From Bythopirellula sp. (GTDB lineage: Bacteria; Planctomycetota; Planctomycetia; Pirellulales; Lacipirellulaceae), in contig OZ244170.1 of assembly GCA_965216565.1 (NCBI GenBank), forward strand, positions 3,488,001 through 3,552,000: a DNA stretch of 64,000 nt, given 5' to 3'. The position numbers and the translations under genes are program-made. Numbering within the stretch: the first letter of the stretch is position 1; each line of letters opens with the position of its first letter. This document shows, piece by piece, positions 20,479 through 31,800 of the stretch. The notes beneath the pieces were generated by a model. That model was given only the letters and a program-made list of their open reading frames with translations, ran no database searches and was not told the origin of the DNA.

Positions 20479-21270
20479 ATGAAAAGCTGCCCCCTGATCC
20501 CCAGCCAATGGGAACTCCCACAGGTCCTTCGCGTCCGGTTGGGCAGTGGTCCCGGTCGTCAAAGGGCCATGCTGCACGACGGGCATCTGCTGTTGGTGCT
20601 ACACGATGTCCCACGACGGCGCACCTACATTCGCGACGCTCAGTTGTTTTGGCGGAACCCCGAGGGGAAGTGGCGTTCCACACTAGCTGTGGGAGGTGAA
20701 GTGGCGGTCGATGAGCACTTGAAATCGTTTGCCGGTACAATCGACCGACTTGCTGAATCGTTTGATGATGCCGACGAAAGCGAAGAGTTTTTTGAAATTC
20801 TGCGATCACTCGGTCCCCTACGTCGTACGATTCGCAATCTACAGGCAGCGTTACAGAATGCCCGCGAAATACTAAGCGACGATCTCACCATCATCGACTG
20901 GCGCGATAAGGCCTACGAGTTGGTCCGTCGTGCCGAGCTTCTCTACAGCGACGTCCACACAGCCTTGGAATTTGAGACGGCCCATCAAGCGAAGATTCAG
21001 GCTGAAGCCAGCCGACAACGAGCCGTGGCGGCACACCGATTGAACGTGCTCGTGGCTTTCTTCTTCCCCATCGCCACCCTCTCTTCAATTCTCAGCATGA
21101 ACTTGCACCACGGATTGGAAGAATGGGAAACACCCCGCGCCCCGTGGGTGTTGCTTGCCGTGCTGGTAATCAGCGTCCTGTTGGGCGCTCTTTTATCGCG
21201 GCTCATCACCCGTCCGGCTAGGGCACCCCATCGCGATGCGAAGCAAGGTAAAGACGGGTTCGCTGAATAG
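20479..21270 (+). CDS. CorA-like divalent cation transporter family protein
   Basis: Helical soluble domain and two C-terminal TMs, RLNVLVAFFFPIATLSSILSMN (GMN motif variant). Confidence 0.65.
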   Translation: MKSCPLIPSQWELPQVLRVRLGSGPGRQRAMLHDGHLLLVLHDVPRRRTYIRDAQLFWRNPEGKWRSTLAVGGEVAVDEHLKSFAGTIDRLAESFDDADESEEFFEILRSLGPLRRTIRNLQAALQNAREILSDDLTIIDWRDKAYELVRRAELLYSDVHTALEFETAHQAKIQAEASRQRAVAAHRLNVLVAFFFPIATLSSILSMNLHHGLEEWETPRAPWVLLAVLVISVLLGALLSRLITRPARAPHRDAKQGKDGFAE

Positions 21271-21294
21271 CCGAAGAGTTTGCGGCCAGGAAAA

Positions 21295-23124
21295 CTACAG
21301 CAACTCTTCCAACTCATCAACTAGCGTCTCAAACCGAGCGAGCGCTGTGTTCACCGGCCCAGGTTTCGACATATCGACGCCCGCGTCCCGTAGGAGATCG
21401 AGCGGATACTTGGAACAGCCGCCTTTGAGAAACGAAAGATACGCGTCGAGTTCCGCCTGTCCGCCGCCCAAAACGCGTTCGCTCAATGCAATCGCAGCCG
21501 ACAGCCCGGTAGCGTACTTGTACACATAAAACGCACGATAAAAATGCGGAATCCGCAGGCACTCCAGTTTTAGCTGCTCGTCGATCACAAAATCGGGGCC
21601 GAAATAGGCCTCCAACAACTTGCCATATTCGTGCTTCAGGCAATCGATCGTCAACGGCTCACCCGCCTCGGCAAGCGCATGAATGATCTTTTCAAATTCC
21701 GCAAACATCGTCTGCCGAATGATCGTGCCGCGGATGGCATCGATATCTCGGTTCACTAGGTAGGCCCGCTCCGCATCGCTCGAGGCCTGATCCATGAGGT
21801 GCCGACTTAGCAGTTGCTCGTTGAATGTGCTGGCCACCTCGGCGACGAAAATCACATAGTTGTAGTAGACAAATGGTTGATGCTTGGCCGAGTAGTAGCT
21901 GTGCATCGAGTGCCCAGCCTCGTGTGTTAAGGTAAACACATGATCGAGAACCGTAGGCTGGTAGTTCATCATGATATACGGCGCGCCGTCGAACGTCCCG
22001 CAACTAAACGCCCCACTCTGTTTGCCTCGATTGGGATATCGATCGCACCATCGTTCGTCCGTAAGACCGCCACGCAAGACGTTGCAGTATTCCTCCCCCA
22101 GGGGCTCTAGCGACTTGAGAACCGCGTCCACCGCCTGCTTCCAGGTGCGGCGTTGGTCCAGGTCACTGAGAATTGGCACGTACGTATCGTAGTGGTGGAT
22201 TTTCTTCAGCCGCATCTTGCGACGTCGCAAATCTAAGTAACGCTGTACGACATCGCTCCGCTTGCGCACTGCCGAGATTAGGTTGTCGTAGACTTTCAGC
22301 GGTACGTTATCGGAGAACAGAGCCGCTTCGATAGCGCTGGGATATCCACGTGCCTCGGCATAGTAAACGTCGCCTTGCACCGAACCGTTGAGCGTTGCCG
22401 CCAAGGCGTTTTCGTGACCTGAGTAGACGTCGTAGTACTGGTGAAACGCAGTCTTGCGTACTTCACGTTTTGGAGAGTGCAGACAAGCCGAGAACGACGA
22501 GTGCGAAAGTTCAATTTCTTCGCCTTTCTCGTTCTTGACCATGCCAAACTTGAAGTCGGCATCGGTCAACTGTCTGAACGCATGCCCCGCCGCATCCGCC
22601 ATCTTGCTTTGCATGGCAAGCAGACGTTCTTCGCTATCGGAAAGCGTGTGCGGCTTGTATCGCACCAATCGCTGGAGCATCACCCGGTAGGGTGCAAGTG
22701 CCTTAGACTTGAGGAGCTTGTCGAACTTTCGAGTCGGGATCGCCAAGAGCTCGGGGCGAATGAAGCTGGCAGCTTGCCCGGCGGCACTTGCGGCGTGCTG
22801 AAACCGACCCACCATGCGCTGATACTTGCTTTCGGCGGTATCTTCGGTCGACTTGAGAAACGCGTAGGTCCCCAACCGCTCGGCCTGTCTGTCGACTTCC
22901 GCATCAAACTTCAAACAGGCAGCCAATTTCTCGGCACTCTCGGCCAATGTACCTGCGTACTTAGCGTAACGCTTGCTCTTTTTTTCCCACTTGGCAAAAT
23001 CCGTTTCCCAAGCTTTGTCGTTGGCGTAGAGCGTGCCCAAGTCCCAGGTGTCGGCGGGCTTCACTTTGTTGCGCGAGGGAAGCGTCTTCGCTTTCGCCCG
23101 CGACTTTTTTTTGGTGGCAGTCAT
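21295..23124 (-). CDS. pepF: Oligoendopeptidase F (M3B)
   Basis: GKQSGAFS, THEAGHSMHS, FVAEVASTFNE and RIPHFY..FYVYKYATG motifs. Confidence 0.94.
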   Translation of the reverse strand: MTATKKKSRAKAKTLPSRNKVKPADTWDLGTLYANDKAWETDFAKWEKKSKRYAKYAGTLAESAEKLAACLKFDAEVDRQAERLGTYAFLKSTEDTAESKYQRMVGRFQHAASAAGQAASFIRPELLAIPTRKFDKLLKSKALAPYRVMLQRLVRYKPHTLSDSEERLLAMQSKMADAAGHAFRQLTDADFKFGMVKNEKGEEIELSHSSFSACLHSPKREVRKTAFHQYYDVYSGHENALAATLNGSVQGDVYYAEARGYPSAIEAALFSDNVPLKVYDNLISAVRKRSDVVQRYLDLRRRKMRLKKIHHYDTYVPILSDLDQRRTWKQAVDAVLKSLEPLGEEYCNVLRGGLTDERWCDRYPNRGKQSGAFSCGTFDGAPYIMMNYQPTVLDHVFTLTHEAGHSMHSYYSAKHQPFVYYNYVIFVAEVASTFNEQLLSRHLMDQASSDAERAYLVNRDIDAIRGTIIRQTMFAEFEKIIHALAEAGEPLTIDCLKHEYGKLLEAYFGPDFVIDEQLKLECLRIPHFYRAFYVYKYATGLSAAIALSERVLGGGQAELDAYLSFLKGGCSKYPLDLLRDAGVDMSKPGPVNTALARFETLVDELEELL

Positions 23125-23141
23125 TGCTTCTCTGAAGGCCC

Positions 23142-24161
23142 TTACCAGCGGAATACCATCGAGCCCCAGGTCAATCCGCTGCCAAAACCTGCGAGCAGCA
23201 AATTCTGCCCCGACTTGATCTGCCCGGCACGCACCGTTTCGTCCAAAGCAATCGGAATGCTCGCTCCCGAGGTATTGCCATAGCGCTGCAGATGCATGAC
23301 AACGCGCTCGCGCTCGATTTCAAGCGACTCTACAGCAGCGTCGAGTATCCTCACGTTCGCCTGATGCAGGATCCACCAATCGATCTCACTCAGTGATAGA
23401 TTTGCCTGCGACACCATCTCGCGTGATGAGTCTTCGATCCAGCGAACTGCCCACTTGAAAATGGGGCGTCCTTCCATTTGCATAAAATGTTGTTGATCGG
23501 CACCTATCTGCGGATCAAAAGGTTGGCTCACGCCGCCGGCGGGTCGACACAATAAATCCGCCCCACTGCCATCGGCTCCGATGGTGTAGCTCAGCGCACC
23601 TTGCTCGCCACTTCCCGGGGCCAGCACCACTGCGCCGGCTCCGTCGCCGAACAGGGGATATGTCTTCTTATCGTTGGGATCACTCACGCGTGAGTTCGTA
23701 TCCGCGCCAATCACCAAGGCCCGCTTGCTACAACCCGTGGCGACAAACTGCATGCCGGTCACCAGTCCGTACACAAAACCCGAACAAGCCGCCGCCAAGT
23801 CCATCGCCCCGCAACGCAAACCGAGTTGGTTTTGCACCATCGTCGCCGTGGCTGGCATCAGTCGATTGGGCGTAAATGTGGCTAGCAGGAGCAAGTCGAT
23901 ATCTTCAGGACCCACATTGGCCGCATCCATCGCACGCTTGGCGGCTTCAATGGCCATCTCGCCGGTACCCATACCAGGGGGCGCATGTCGCCGTTCCTTG
24001 ATGCCCGTCCGCTGTACGATCCAATCCGCATCACAACCGAGCGAAATCAAGTCTTCGTTCGTCACCACATTGTCGGGCACAAAACTACCGGTGCCTACAA
24101 TCTGCACGCCCGTCAACTGACGGATTGGCGACGCGGCGGCGGTGTCTTCGGGAACGCTCAT
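23142..24161 (-). CDS. fabH: 3-oxoacyl-ACP synthase III
   Basis: AACSGF (Cys), FGDGAGA, HQAN (His), YGNTSGAS (Asn) and GFGSGLTWG motifs. Confidence 0.93.
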   Translation of the reverse strand: MSVPEDTAAASPIRQLTGVQIVGTGSFVPDNVVTNEDLISLGCDADWIVQRTGIKERRHAPPGMGTGEMAIEAAKRAMDAANVGPEDIDLLLLATFTPNRLMPATATMVQNQLGLRCGAMDLAAACSGFVYGLVTGMQFVATGCSKRALVIGADTNSRVSDPNDKKTYPLFGDGAGAVVLAPGSGEQGALSYTIGADGSGADLLCRPAGGVSQPFDPQIGADQQHFMQMEGRPIFKWAVRWIEDSSREMVSQANLSLSEIDWWILHQANVRILDAAVESLEIERERVVMHLQRYGNTSGASIPIALDETVRAGQIKSGQNLLLAGFGSGLTWGSMVFRW

Positions 24162-24288
24162 CTCAGGTAGGTGCTCAGCGGAGAATAGTGGCTGGCGGTC
24201 GTTGCCAGACGGTGTTGGGTGTCTTTGCGACTAGATATGGTTAACCAGAAGATTAAGCCTTCTACTGGGCTACCGCAAGCCCGCTGCC

Positions 24289-24978
24289 TCAGGCAGACTT
24301 GCGTCGCTGCACGCGCCGCACCTGACGATACAGCAAAGCGTTGCCCTCTTTGCCAACCAATTCAATCGCCCCAGTTTCTCTCAGGCAGTAGGCAATTCGC
24401 TGCGCCACCCAGCGCTGAACCTGGAGTCCTTTCGCAATATGTCCGGTGTGAAATTTGTTGGGCAAATTCCCAGGCAACATTTTCCTTAGATCGGCGAGTG
24501 TGCGAAATCGATGGACCTTGCCGACGTCGACCAGTCGCTGGTCTTCAATTTGGAAGTCTTTCTTACGGCGACGACGGCGCCGGCCGTGCCCTGGATAGCG
24601 AAGCTCCTCGACTTCCACGAGCGCTACTTCTAAGGTTAACCTTTTATGCGGAAACACACGAGTGAAATACACCAACTCGTCAAATAGATCGAGTAGTTGT
24701 CCTCGCTTGGGGCTTAAGCGTCGCTCAATAATATCGCCACCGCGGCGATCCATCTTTAGCAATTGTTTGCGTGTCACGATCGGTTTGACGACCTTCACGC
24801 GATGCTTTTTTAGAAGCTTGGCAATCTTATCTCGAATCGCCGCCAGTGAGCCATGTTGGATCTCAATCAATTGGCCCCGACGCACGGCATCGATGCGATA
24901 ACCCTCGCAAGCGACTTCGAGCGCACCGCTCTTGGCTGCGTAATGTTCCTTGAGTTGGCGATGTAAGGATGTTTCCAT
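24289..24978 (-). CDS. Hypothetical protein, possible PD-(D/E)xK-fold nuclease with C-terminal wHTH
   Basis: ETSLHRQLK...RIDAVRRGQLIEIQ; highly basic. Confidence 0.6.
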   Translation of the reverse strand: METSLHRQLKEHYAAKSGALEVACEGYRIDAVRRGQLIEIQHGSLAAIRDKIAKLLKKHRVKVVKPIVTRKQLLKMDRRGGDIIERRLSPKRGQLLDLFDELVYFTRVFPHKRLTLEVALVEVEELRYPGHGRRRRRRKKDFQIEDQRLVDVGKVHRFRTLADLRKMLPGNLPNKFHTGHIAKGLQVQRWVAQRIAYCLRETGAIELVGKEGNALLYRQVRRVQRRKSA

Positions 24979-24981
24979 ATT

Positions 24982-25527
24982 TTATGGTTCGATGCCAAAA
25001 TCGGCCACTGTCAGAAGTGTTGTCAGTTCGTATCCGCGTTCGGCAAACGCTTCTTTGCCCCCTTCGAGTCGATCGACAATGGCCAGCACGCGTTCTACTT
25101 TCAGTCCCACCGCTTCGCACCGCTCGATCGCCTTCAGCGACGAGCCGCCGGTGGTCACGACGTCTTCTACAATTACCAGCCGTTGTCCCTCTTCAAAGGG
25201 ACCCTCGACAAACTTACCCGTGCCGTGGGACTTTGATTCCTTGCGGACAATAATTCCTTTGAGCGGTATTTCTTTGACGCCAGCGAGAGTCAGGATTGCA
25301 GCGGTAATTGGGTCAGCACCAATGGCCATGCCACCAACCAGGTCGGGCATGTTGTCGTCCAAAAGTTCCAGCATCCCTGCCCCAATCAGCCGAGCGCCCC
25401 GCGAGTCGAGCGTTACCTTCCGACAATCGAGGTAATAACTCGCCTGTTTGCCCGAGGCCAAAGTAAAGTCGCCGAACTGCAGAGCCTGCTCCCGAATCAG
25501 ATCAATGAGTTGTTGTCGGTCGTACAT
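24982..25527 (-). CDS. pyrE: Orotate phosphoribosyltransferase
   Basis: FTLASGKQASYYLD, RKESKSHG and IVEDVVTTGGS motifs. Confidence 0.95.
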   Translation of the reverse strand: MYDRQQLIDLIREQALQFGDFTLASGKQASYYLDCRKVTLDSRGARLIGAGMLELLDDNMPDLVGGMAIGADPITAAILTLAGVKEIPLKGIIVRKESKSHGTGKFVEGPFEEGQRLVIVEDVVTTGGSSLKAIERCEAVGLKVERVLAIVDRLEGGKEAFAERGYELTTLLTVADFGIEP

Positions 25528-25694
25528 AGATAGGGCTCCCCGAAGAATTGGCGAATTTGTTTCCAGCTCGGGGTATACCATGATTCATTGACCGTTTGTA
25601 GGCCGTGCGGCGCATGTAGCCAAACGGAAGTAGCCGAGTTCCGACGGATCGCCGGTGCCACTCAATTACTGCTCAGACTTCATCGTCAGTACGA

Positions 25695-26966
25695 CTACCT
25701 ACGAATGGTTACACGAGAACCAATTGTGAGAATGTCATACACGTCGTCCACGTCGGAATTCTTCATGCGAATGACTCGTCCCGTCGGATCCGTAGTCGTG
25801 GGGCCAGTGGCACCACTACCCCGAATCAAGACAATCTGGCTGGAATCGCCCGATGCACTATTGAGCATAATGCTCTTATTCTTGTCACCGGCCGAGGGGT
25901 TGGAGAGCGACGCGTCGCCCGGCGTTAACATTTTTTGATTGACAGTCCAGTGACCTTGTTCGACAGATGTCGTCGGCTCGACCTCCAGAGGAAACTCGCC
26001 CGCGTAACGTCGATCGAGCATCAGGGTCATCCGCCGCTGTCCCAAATCGATCTTCGCCTCGAAGGGGCCGCGCATTACTTTGAGTTCCTGTCCCGGCTGC
26101 AGACTGTCGGGATCGCTCAAACCATTGATCTTTGCCAATAGTGGCCAAGGGACGTCGTACTTTTGTGCGATGCCACGCAGATTCTCGCCAGCTTGAACCA
26201 AGTACGGCGGCTCGAGTCGATGTTCGCGCGAGTAGATCACGCTGCCTGCCAGCTGGCTCAACAAGGTATTCACTTCCTTCGTCTCTTCCGGCGATAGCGA
26301 AGGGTCGCCGTACCAATCGCTTAAGAGGAGCAATCCTTGCGAAAGCTCACCTCGGTCGAGTGCCGCTTGAACCGTCAATCGAGTTGATGCGAACAGCGAA
26401 GGTGGCTCAGGAGTCGACGAACCAAAAGACTCTAACGGCGGAGCGGACGAAGTTGGTGTCGTTTCGTCAGTGGATTTTGCCATTGAGTCGGGTTGCGGTG
26501 GATTGATCCCCGCGCCAGGATTCGAGGTGGCAGCATTCAGATCTGAATCTGCCTTGGGTTCTGGAAACGCAGGGAGTGGCGGCAAATCTGGGACTTCCAG
26601 CTTTTGCTCACTAGGAATTTCGGGTGCCGCGCCAAACTGTGGCGCCTCGGCAGCAAATGGAGGAGCCGCTCCGGTAGCCGGCGCTTGTGGTGAACTCGGC
26701 GCCCCAGGAGCAGCTTCGAACTTCGGGGGTGCCGCATCGAAGGTGGGCGCGGACTGGAAACTTTGCGGCACCGACGCCGGTCCTGTAGCCGCACCCATTC
26801 CGGGCGCTGCAGGTGAGGATCCAATCTCCAACCCACCCCCTGCCGGCATCGACCAATCGGCAATGTCTTCAGGTAGTTCGGGTTCTTTCTCGTTGATCTT
26901 GTGCCAGAGAAAAACACCAGCGATCGTCAACAAGGTAATCGTGACTAAGGGACGGATGGAACTCAC
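25695..26966 (-). CDS. Membrane-anchored LysM protein with a degenerate YkuD (L,D-transpeptidase)-like domain
   Basis: N-terminal TM, Pro/Ala linker, LysM (YLVQAGENLRGIA..Y.V...LAKINGL...LQPGQELKV) and C-terminal IRM...DV...GSRVTI. GTG start inferred. Confidence 0.8.
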   Translation of the reverse strand: MSSIRPLVTITLLTIAGVFLWHKINEKEPELPEDIADWSMPAGGGLEIGSSPAAPGMGAATGPASVPQSFQSAPTFDAAPPKFEAAPGAPSSPQAPATGAAPPFAAEAPQFGAAPEIPSEQKLEVPDLPPLPAFPEPKADSDLNAATSNPGAGINPPQPDSMAKSTDETTPTSSAPPLESFGSSTPEPPSLFASTRLTVQAALDRGELSQGLLLLSDWYGDPSLSPEETKEVNTLLSQLAGSVIYSREHRLEPPYLVQAGENLRGIAQKYDVPWPLLAKINGLSDPDSLQPGQELKVMRGPFEAKIDLGQRRMTLMLDRRYAGEFPLEVEPTTSVEQGHWTVNQKMLTPGDASLSNPSAGDKNKSIMLNSASGDSSQIVLIRGSGATGPTTTDPTGRVIRMKNSDVDDVYDILTIGSRVTIRR

Positions 26967-27195
26967 AACTATTTCTCCCCGGCAAACTGGAACCGACTTA
27001 CGAGAAAGACAACAAAGTTTCTCTATTCCAATAGAGCGCAGCACCGGCTGCAGCGGCGGGAATCATAGGTAAAGCAGAAAAGTGGGGCTACATCATTTTG
27101 CCAGGGTGTTTTCTGCTCTCGGAGAAGATGCTAGCAATCATTGAAACTGCACTATTTTGCAAAATCGCAATGATCAACTTGCCGCGGATCGGTCG

Positions 27196-27660
27196 CTAAA
27201 GAGCGAACTCCCAAAGACCTGTACTCTCGCCAATGGTCAGCGTGGCGACTGCCGCCGCACACAAACATGCAAGCATGGCGGCTGCAAGTACCATGGCTAG
27301 CGCTATCGTCTTGAAGGCTCCCAAGCCTCGCGTCTGAAATAAATAGATCAGTAGCGCAACAATAAACACCAGCACTAAACTAATCTGCATGACGCGTCCG
27401 ATTTGGTGACCCCGCTCAGCAGCATCCGCAAGGCACCACATGATTCCCAGCACCAGTAGAGGCAGACTTAAGAAGAAGTCCCGTGGCGAATTCTCCTCTG
27501 GAAGAAAGCAGGCAATGACCCCAAGCACTGCCGAGTAGGCGAGCAGCCCTAGTACAATATGGCGTTTTCTCGCAGCGTAGTCGTTCGATGAGTCGGACGC
27601 GAACCCCTCCGCCGAATCGAATTCTTCAACGTGCTCGGTCTCTTCTAGTTGATCATTCAT
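27196..27660 (-). CDS. Hypothetical 4-TM membrane protein
   Basis: Four hydrophobic segments; 154 aa. Confidence 0.65.
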   Translation of the reverse strand: MNDQLEETEHVEEFDSAEGFASDSSNDYAARKRHIVLGLLAYSAVLGVIACFLPEENSPRDFFLSLPLLVLGIMWCLADAAERGHQIGRVMQISLVLVFIVALLIYLFQTRGLGAFKTIALAMVLAAAMLACLCAAAVATLTIGESTGLWEFAL

Positions 27661-27793
27661 AAAATGGGTCCTTGAACTTACAAGGCGGAAAGACTGGCAT
27701 CACCAATCATACACCCAACCTGCCCCAAGGATATTCACCAACTCTGATTAGGAAGCAGCAAAAATGGCCGCGCTCTGGCAGATCGCCGGTGCT

Positions 27794-28459
27794 CTACCCC
27801 ACCGGTTCCACCACGCCCCCCTCAGGCAATATCTCCCGCAACGGGCACTCTTGGCACTTGGGTTGCCGTCGACAATAGTGATGCCCTACGTGCACCAGCA
27901 GTGCGTGCAGTTCGTTGTAGGTCGAAACATCTTCGGGCAGTTCACTCGCCAAATGCTCCTGCAGTTGATGATAGTCGGCCCCGTAGTCAATCCACCCGTG
28001 GCGGGCGAAGATCCGGAGCGTGTAGGTATCGACCACCAGCGCCGGTTGTTCGAGCGCATAGAGGAGTATCGAGTCGGCAGTCTCCGGTCCAACACCGTTG
28101 ACGGTAAGCAACTCGGCTCGCATGCGTTGCATTTCGACGTTCTTCATGACCTCCAACGAACTGTCGTACTCGTCCACTACAAACCGCATGAGATTTTGCA
28201 GCCGCTTGGCTTTCAACCGATAGTATCCCGCCGGCTTGATGAGTTCGGAGAGTTCCGCTTGATTGATCTCGACCAGTCGCTGCGGAAGGATCAAATCGGC
28301 CTCGCGCAAGTTTTCAATCGCCCGCTCGACGTTTTTCCAAGCCGTGTTCTGCACTAGCACGGCCCCGATCATCACCTCCCACGGAGAATCGGCGGGCCAC
28401 CACTGCTGCGGACCGAGTGAATCGAATAGCTTTCGATAGAGTTGAAGAGTGTTGGGCAT
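27794..28459 (-). CDS. HhH-GPD superfamily DNA glycosylase (endonuclease III-related)
   Basis: WWPADSPWEVMIGAVLVQNTAW, HhH GVGPETADSI, VVDTY and a Cys-rich tail. Confidence 0.88.
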   Translation of the reverse strand: MPNTLQLYRKLFDSLGPQQWWPADSPWEVMIGAVLVQNTAWKNVERAIENLREADLILPQRLVEINQAELSELIKPAGYYRLKAKRLQNLMRFVVDEYDSSLEVMKNVEMQRMRAELLTVNGVGPETADSILLYALEQPALVVDTYTLRIFARHGWIDYGADYHQLQEHLASELPEDVSTYNELHALLVHVGHHYCRRQPKCQECPLREILPEGGVVEPVG

Positions 28460-28825
28460 ACTCGGCGGTTCTGGAATGCAATGGAATGCAAGCGTAGCGT
28501 CTCCTCAATATCCCAAAGTGTGACGCAGGTTCTAGCCAGTTCCCTGGGTAAAAGCAAAACGCATCGGCCTAGGTCCAAGAAGCATACCCAGCTATACCCG
28601 ATGAAACCTATATTTATTGTGCATATTGAACTCTCTCAGTTCTATTACGTTTGACTTCTCAGGCGTAAGTTGTTTTGCAATATCTTTTCAACTTTCAAAA
28701 TCTGCACCGATTCGTCAACAAATTGCAAGTAAGTGTGGCCATTGCTAGAATTCCTTGCCTATTCACTGAACTTTTCTTGGCACGCTCACTAGTGATGCCT
28801 GCAAATTCTGCTTGGAGAGGCAACC

Positions 28826-31800
28826 ATGCGGCGGTATCTGATTCTCTTGCTGGCCGGTATCTTGGCAGTCCCGACTTTTAGTCACTCATCCGCTTTGGCT
28901 ATCAACCGCAGTTGGGACAGTGGAGGGTCGAACGACAACTGGTCGAACACGTCTAACTGGTCCCCCAACGGCGACCCTGGCGGCGATGATTTGTTCATCG
29001 GCAATCTGCCCGCAGGTCAAAATCAATTCACCCTTGTCGATTTCGACTACTCGATCGATACGCTCAGCATGAGTGGCGGGTCGTCGGCCGACACCGATGG
29101 CAACCAACTTGATGTCAACGGCCTGACGTCTCTTGCCACTGGTTCAAACGCTCTCTTACGACTGCGGGAGCGGACGACCGGCAGTCCCTTGTTTCCTCAA
29201 TCTTTGGTTACCAATACGCTAACCGTCGGAGAATCGTCGACTGTCGAAATGTACGATGATTCCGTTCTAGAGGTCGACAGCGGTCTGTTCACCCTTCGTG
29301 GCACTCTGGTTGGCAATGGCGAACTGCAGCTTACTGACGTTGTTCCCTCAGCAACATCGCTATTCAACAATTCGGGCACCTTGTCTGTGGGGATAGCCCC
29401 TTTCGGCATCAATCCCCCTGCGCGAACCCTGACGATCAACCGCAGCACGCCCAACGCCCGTATCGATTTGGATGGCGATGGTACCGGCGTGGTCAGCTTG
29501 CAACAGAATGCCACACTCGATAACAACGTGCAGATCATTGAACCTTTCAGTGGCAATCTCAACATGGGCCCCAATTCCACAGTCGATATGGCAGACGCCT
29601 GGCAGGTCGACGGCAACATCAACATCAACTCGTCGGAGTTCTTTCTGACCGCTCCAGCCACCATCACCGGCGGGCTGTTGGGCCTCGACAGCAGCGGGGT
29701 GATCACCCTCGACGAAGCAGACGAAGAACTACACTTCGACGCACCGCTCCTATCCGGCGGCACCGTCGCCAATAGCGGAACGATCACTTTCAACGAGGAC
29801 GCCCAGTTCAGTTCGAGCGGCGATTTTCAGATGAACGGTGCGAGCGCCAGCATGGTGGTGAACTCGAATGTGACCATCTCCCAAGATGGTTTCAACCTGG
29901 ACGGAAATGGAACGGCCACGAACGTTATCGATATCAATCAAGGCGGACGCCTCGATTTGGTCGGAGCACCTGAACTTCGTGTAGATAACGTGATCAATAT
30001 TAACGGCGGAGAACTCGTACTTCGTGATTATTTCCTTGAGTTCAACAATCTTGTTGTCCTAAATTCTACGCCGACATCCTCCGCCAAAATCCTATCCGAA
30101 TTTGGCCCCGGAAATTCACCACATAATCTCGGAGATGGCGTCGGCACTGGAGACGCAAGATTAAATGTTGTCGGAAACGGCGTGTCGGAGATCGAAGTAC
30201 CGGCCAGTAATGAAGTCTTCGTGTTTGAAAGTGACGCCTTGGTAGATGTGGCCCTTGGGTCAACCTTGGAGATCAATGGGCTGCTGACGATTATGCCCGG
30301 AGCTCAAGTCACAGGCGAAGGGGTCTTCCGAACCGGTAGGCTTGGCATCCTTGAAGGCGACACCACAATAGATGTCGCAACAATCGATTTTGACTATGGC
30401 TTGAATACCAACATTTCGTTTCCAGACCATTTTATCGGCGGCCATTTAACTATCAATGCCGATGCCATTGAGGAAACAGACTCGGGCTTCGATGGCGATA
30501 TGGAAGTCCGCTTCGATGACAATGTCCTAAGTCCTTATAATGGCCGCCTGACGATGAACGTCCCCGGTGGCTGGCGGTTCAACTCTGGCACAATCACACT
30601 AGACCTGATCTCCGGCTCCGCACCCAGTATGCTCAGCGGAGATCGAGTCACCATCGGGTCGGCTGCCACACTCGTTGCCGATGGACAAGGCATTATTGTC
30701 GACGCTCCATTTACACTAGAGGGCAATCTCAGTATTCCCGATCCAAATCACATCCTCAACTCAACAGGCCCCTTAGGCGGTCCCCGACTCGAAAACCGCA
30801 TCGAAGGCGGCAGCATTACGGGGCTTGGCTCCCTAGGACTCATTGATTCGAATCTCGCCGGCTTCGGCTCTATCAACCCCGAGATCAATGCTGCCAACAG
30901 TTCTCGCATCACCGCCGACGATGGCACCCTCAATATCAATGGCAACATCGAGAATGTGGGCGAACTGGTTGTCACCGACGATGGTGTTCTCAATGTTGCC
31001 TTGCCGTGGACAACAAGCGATACCGACACGGGACTCGAACTCCAAGGCGGGGAAGTATCGGGAGCGTCTATCAACAACATCGGCAACGGCATCCGTGGCC
31101 ATGGTCTCGTCACCGCACAGATATTCAACCTCGGCACCATCCGTGCCGAAGGGGGCGGCACGCTCATTTTCGATCCTACTACGGGATCCAACACCTACAA
31201 TCAATCGTCTTCGCAAGGAGATTTCATCGCAGATACTGCAGATTTGATCTTACGCAATCCAGGCGGAACACAGAGCACGTTCGGTGAAGTACAAGTAGGT
31301 AGCGGACAAGAAATCTCTATCGAAGGGTTTCGTCTAAACTATGAGCCAGGGGCGCGGCTATTCATTACTGAAGGAACGTATCGCACCCAGGATCGCTTTT
31401 CATTCGATGGTATTTTGGACATAGCTGGAACAACTCCGAGTCGCATTGTTGTCGAGTCTTCGTTCACGACAGTGTTCCTCTCGGATACCGACGCAGATCT
31501 CGATGCTGATTTGGAACTCGACGTCCCAATTGCTGCTATCGTACCCGGCGCGTCATTTAGTGGTGCAGGTGCGCTTATTATTTTGGATGGCAGTCGGCTG
31601 CACTTACAAGACGGGGCGAATGTTGGGGTGGCCGTCGAGAACCAAGGATCGATTTCGCCAGGCGCCAGCAACTTTGACAATGCCGGAATGGTCACGGTGG
31701 ACGCATTTGAGCAAACTACAACCGGCATCTTACAGGCCGACATTAGCGGAGTCGCTCCTGGTACCTTCGATCTACTGACCGTAGACAACAACGCGCTATT

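Noticed and set aside
28778..28795. Sigma54 promoter (TGGCACG) upstream of the PEP-CTERM gene; similar site at about 55025-55048 on the minus strand
   Set aside because: The -12 TTGC element is absent at the required spacing.
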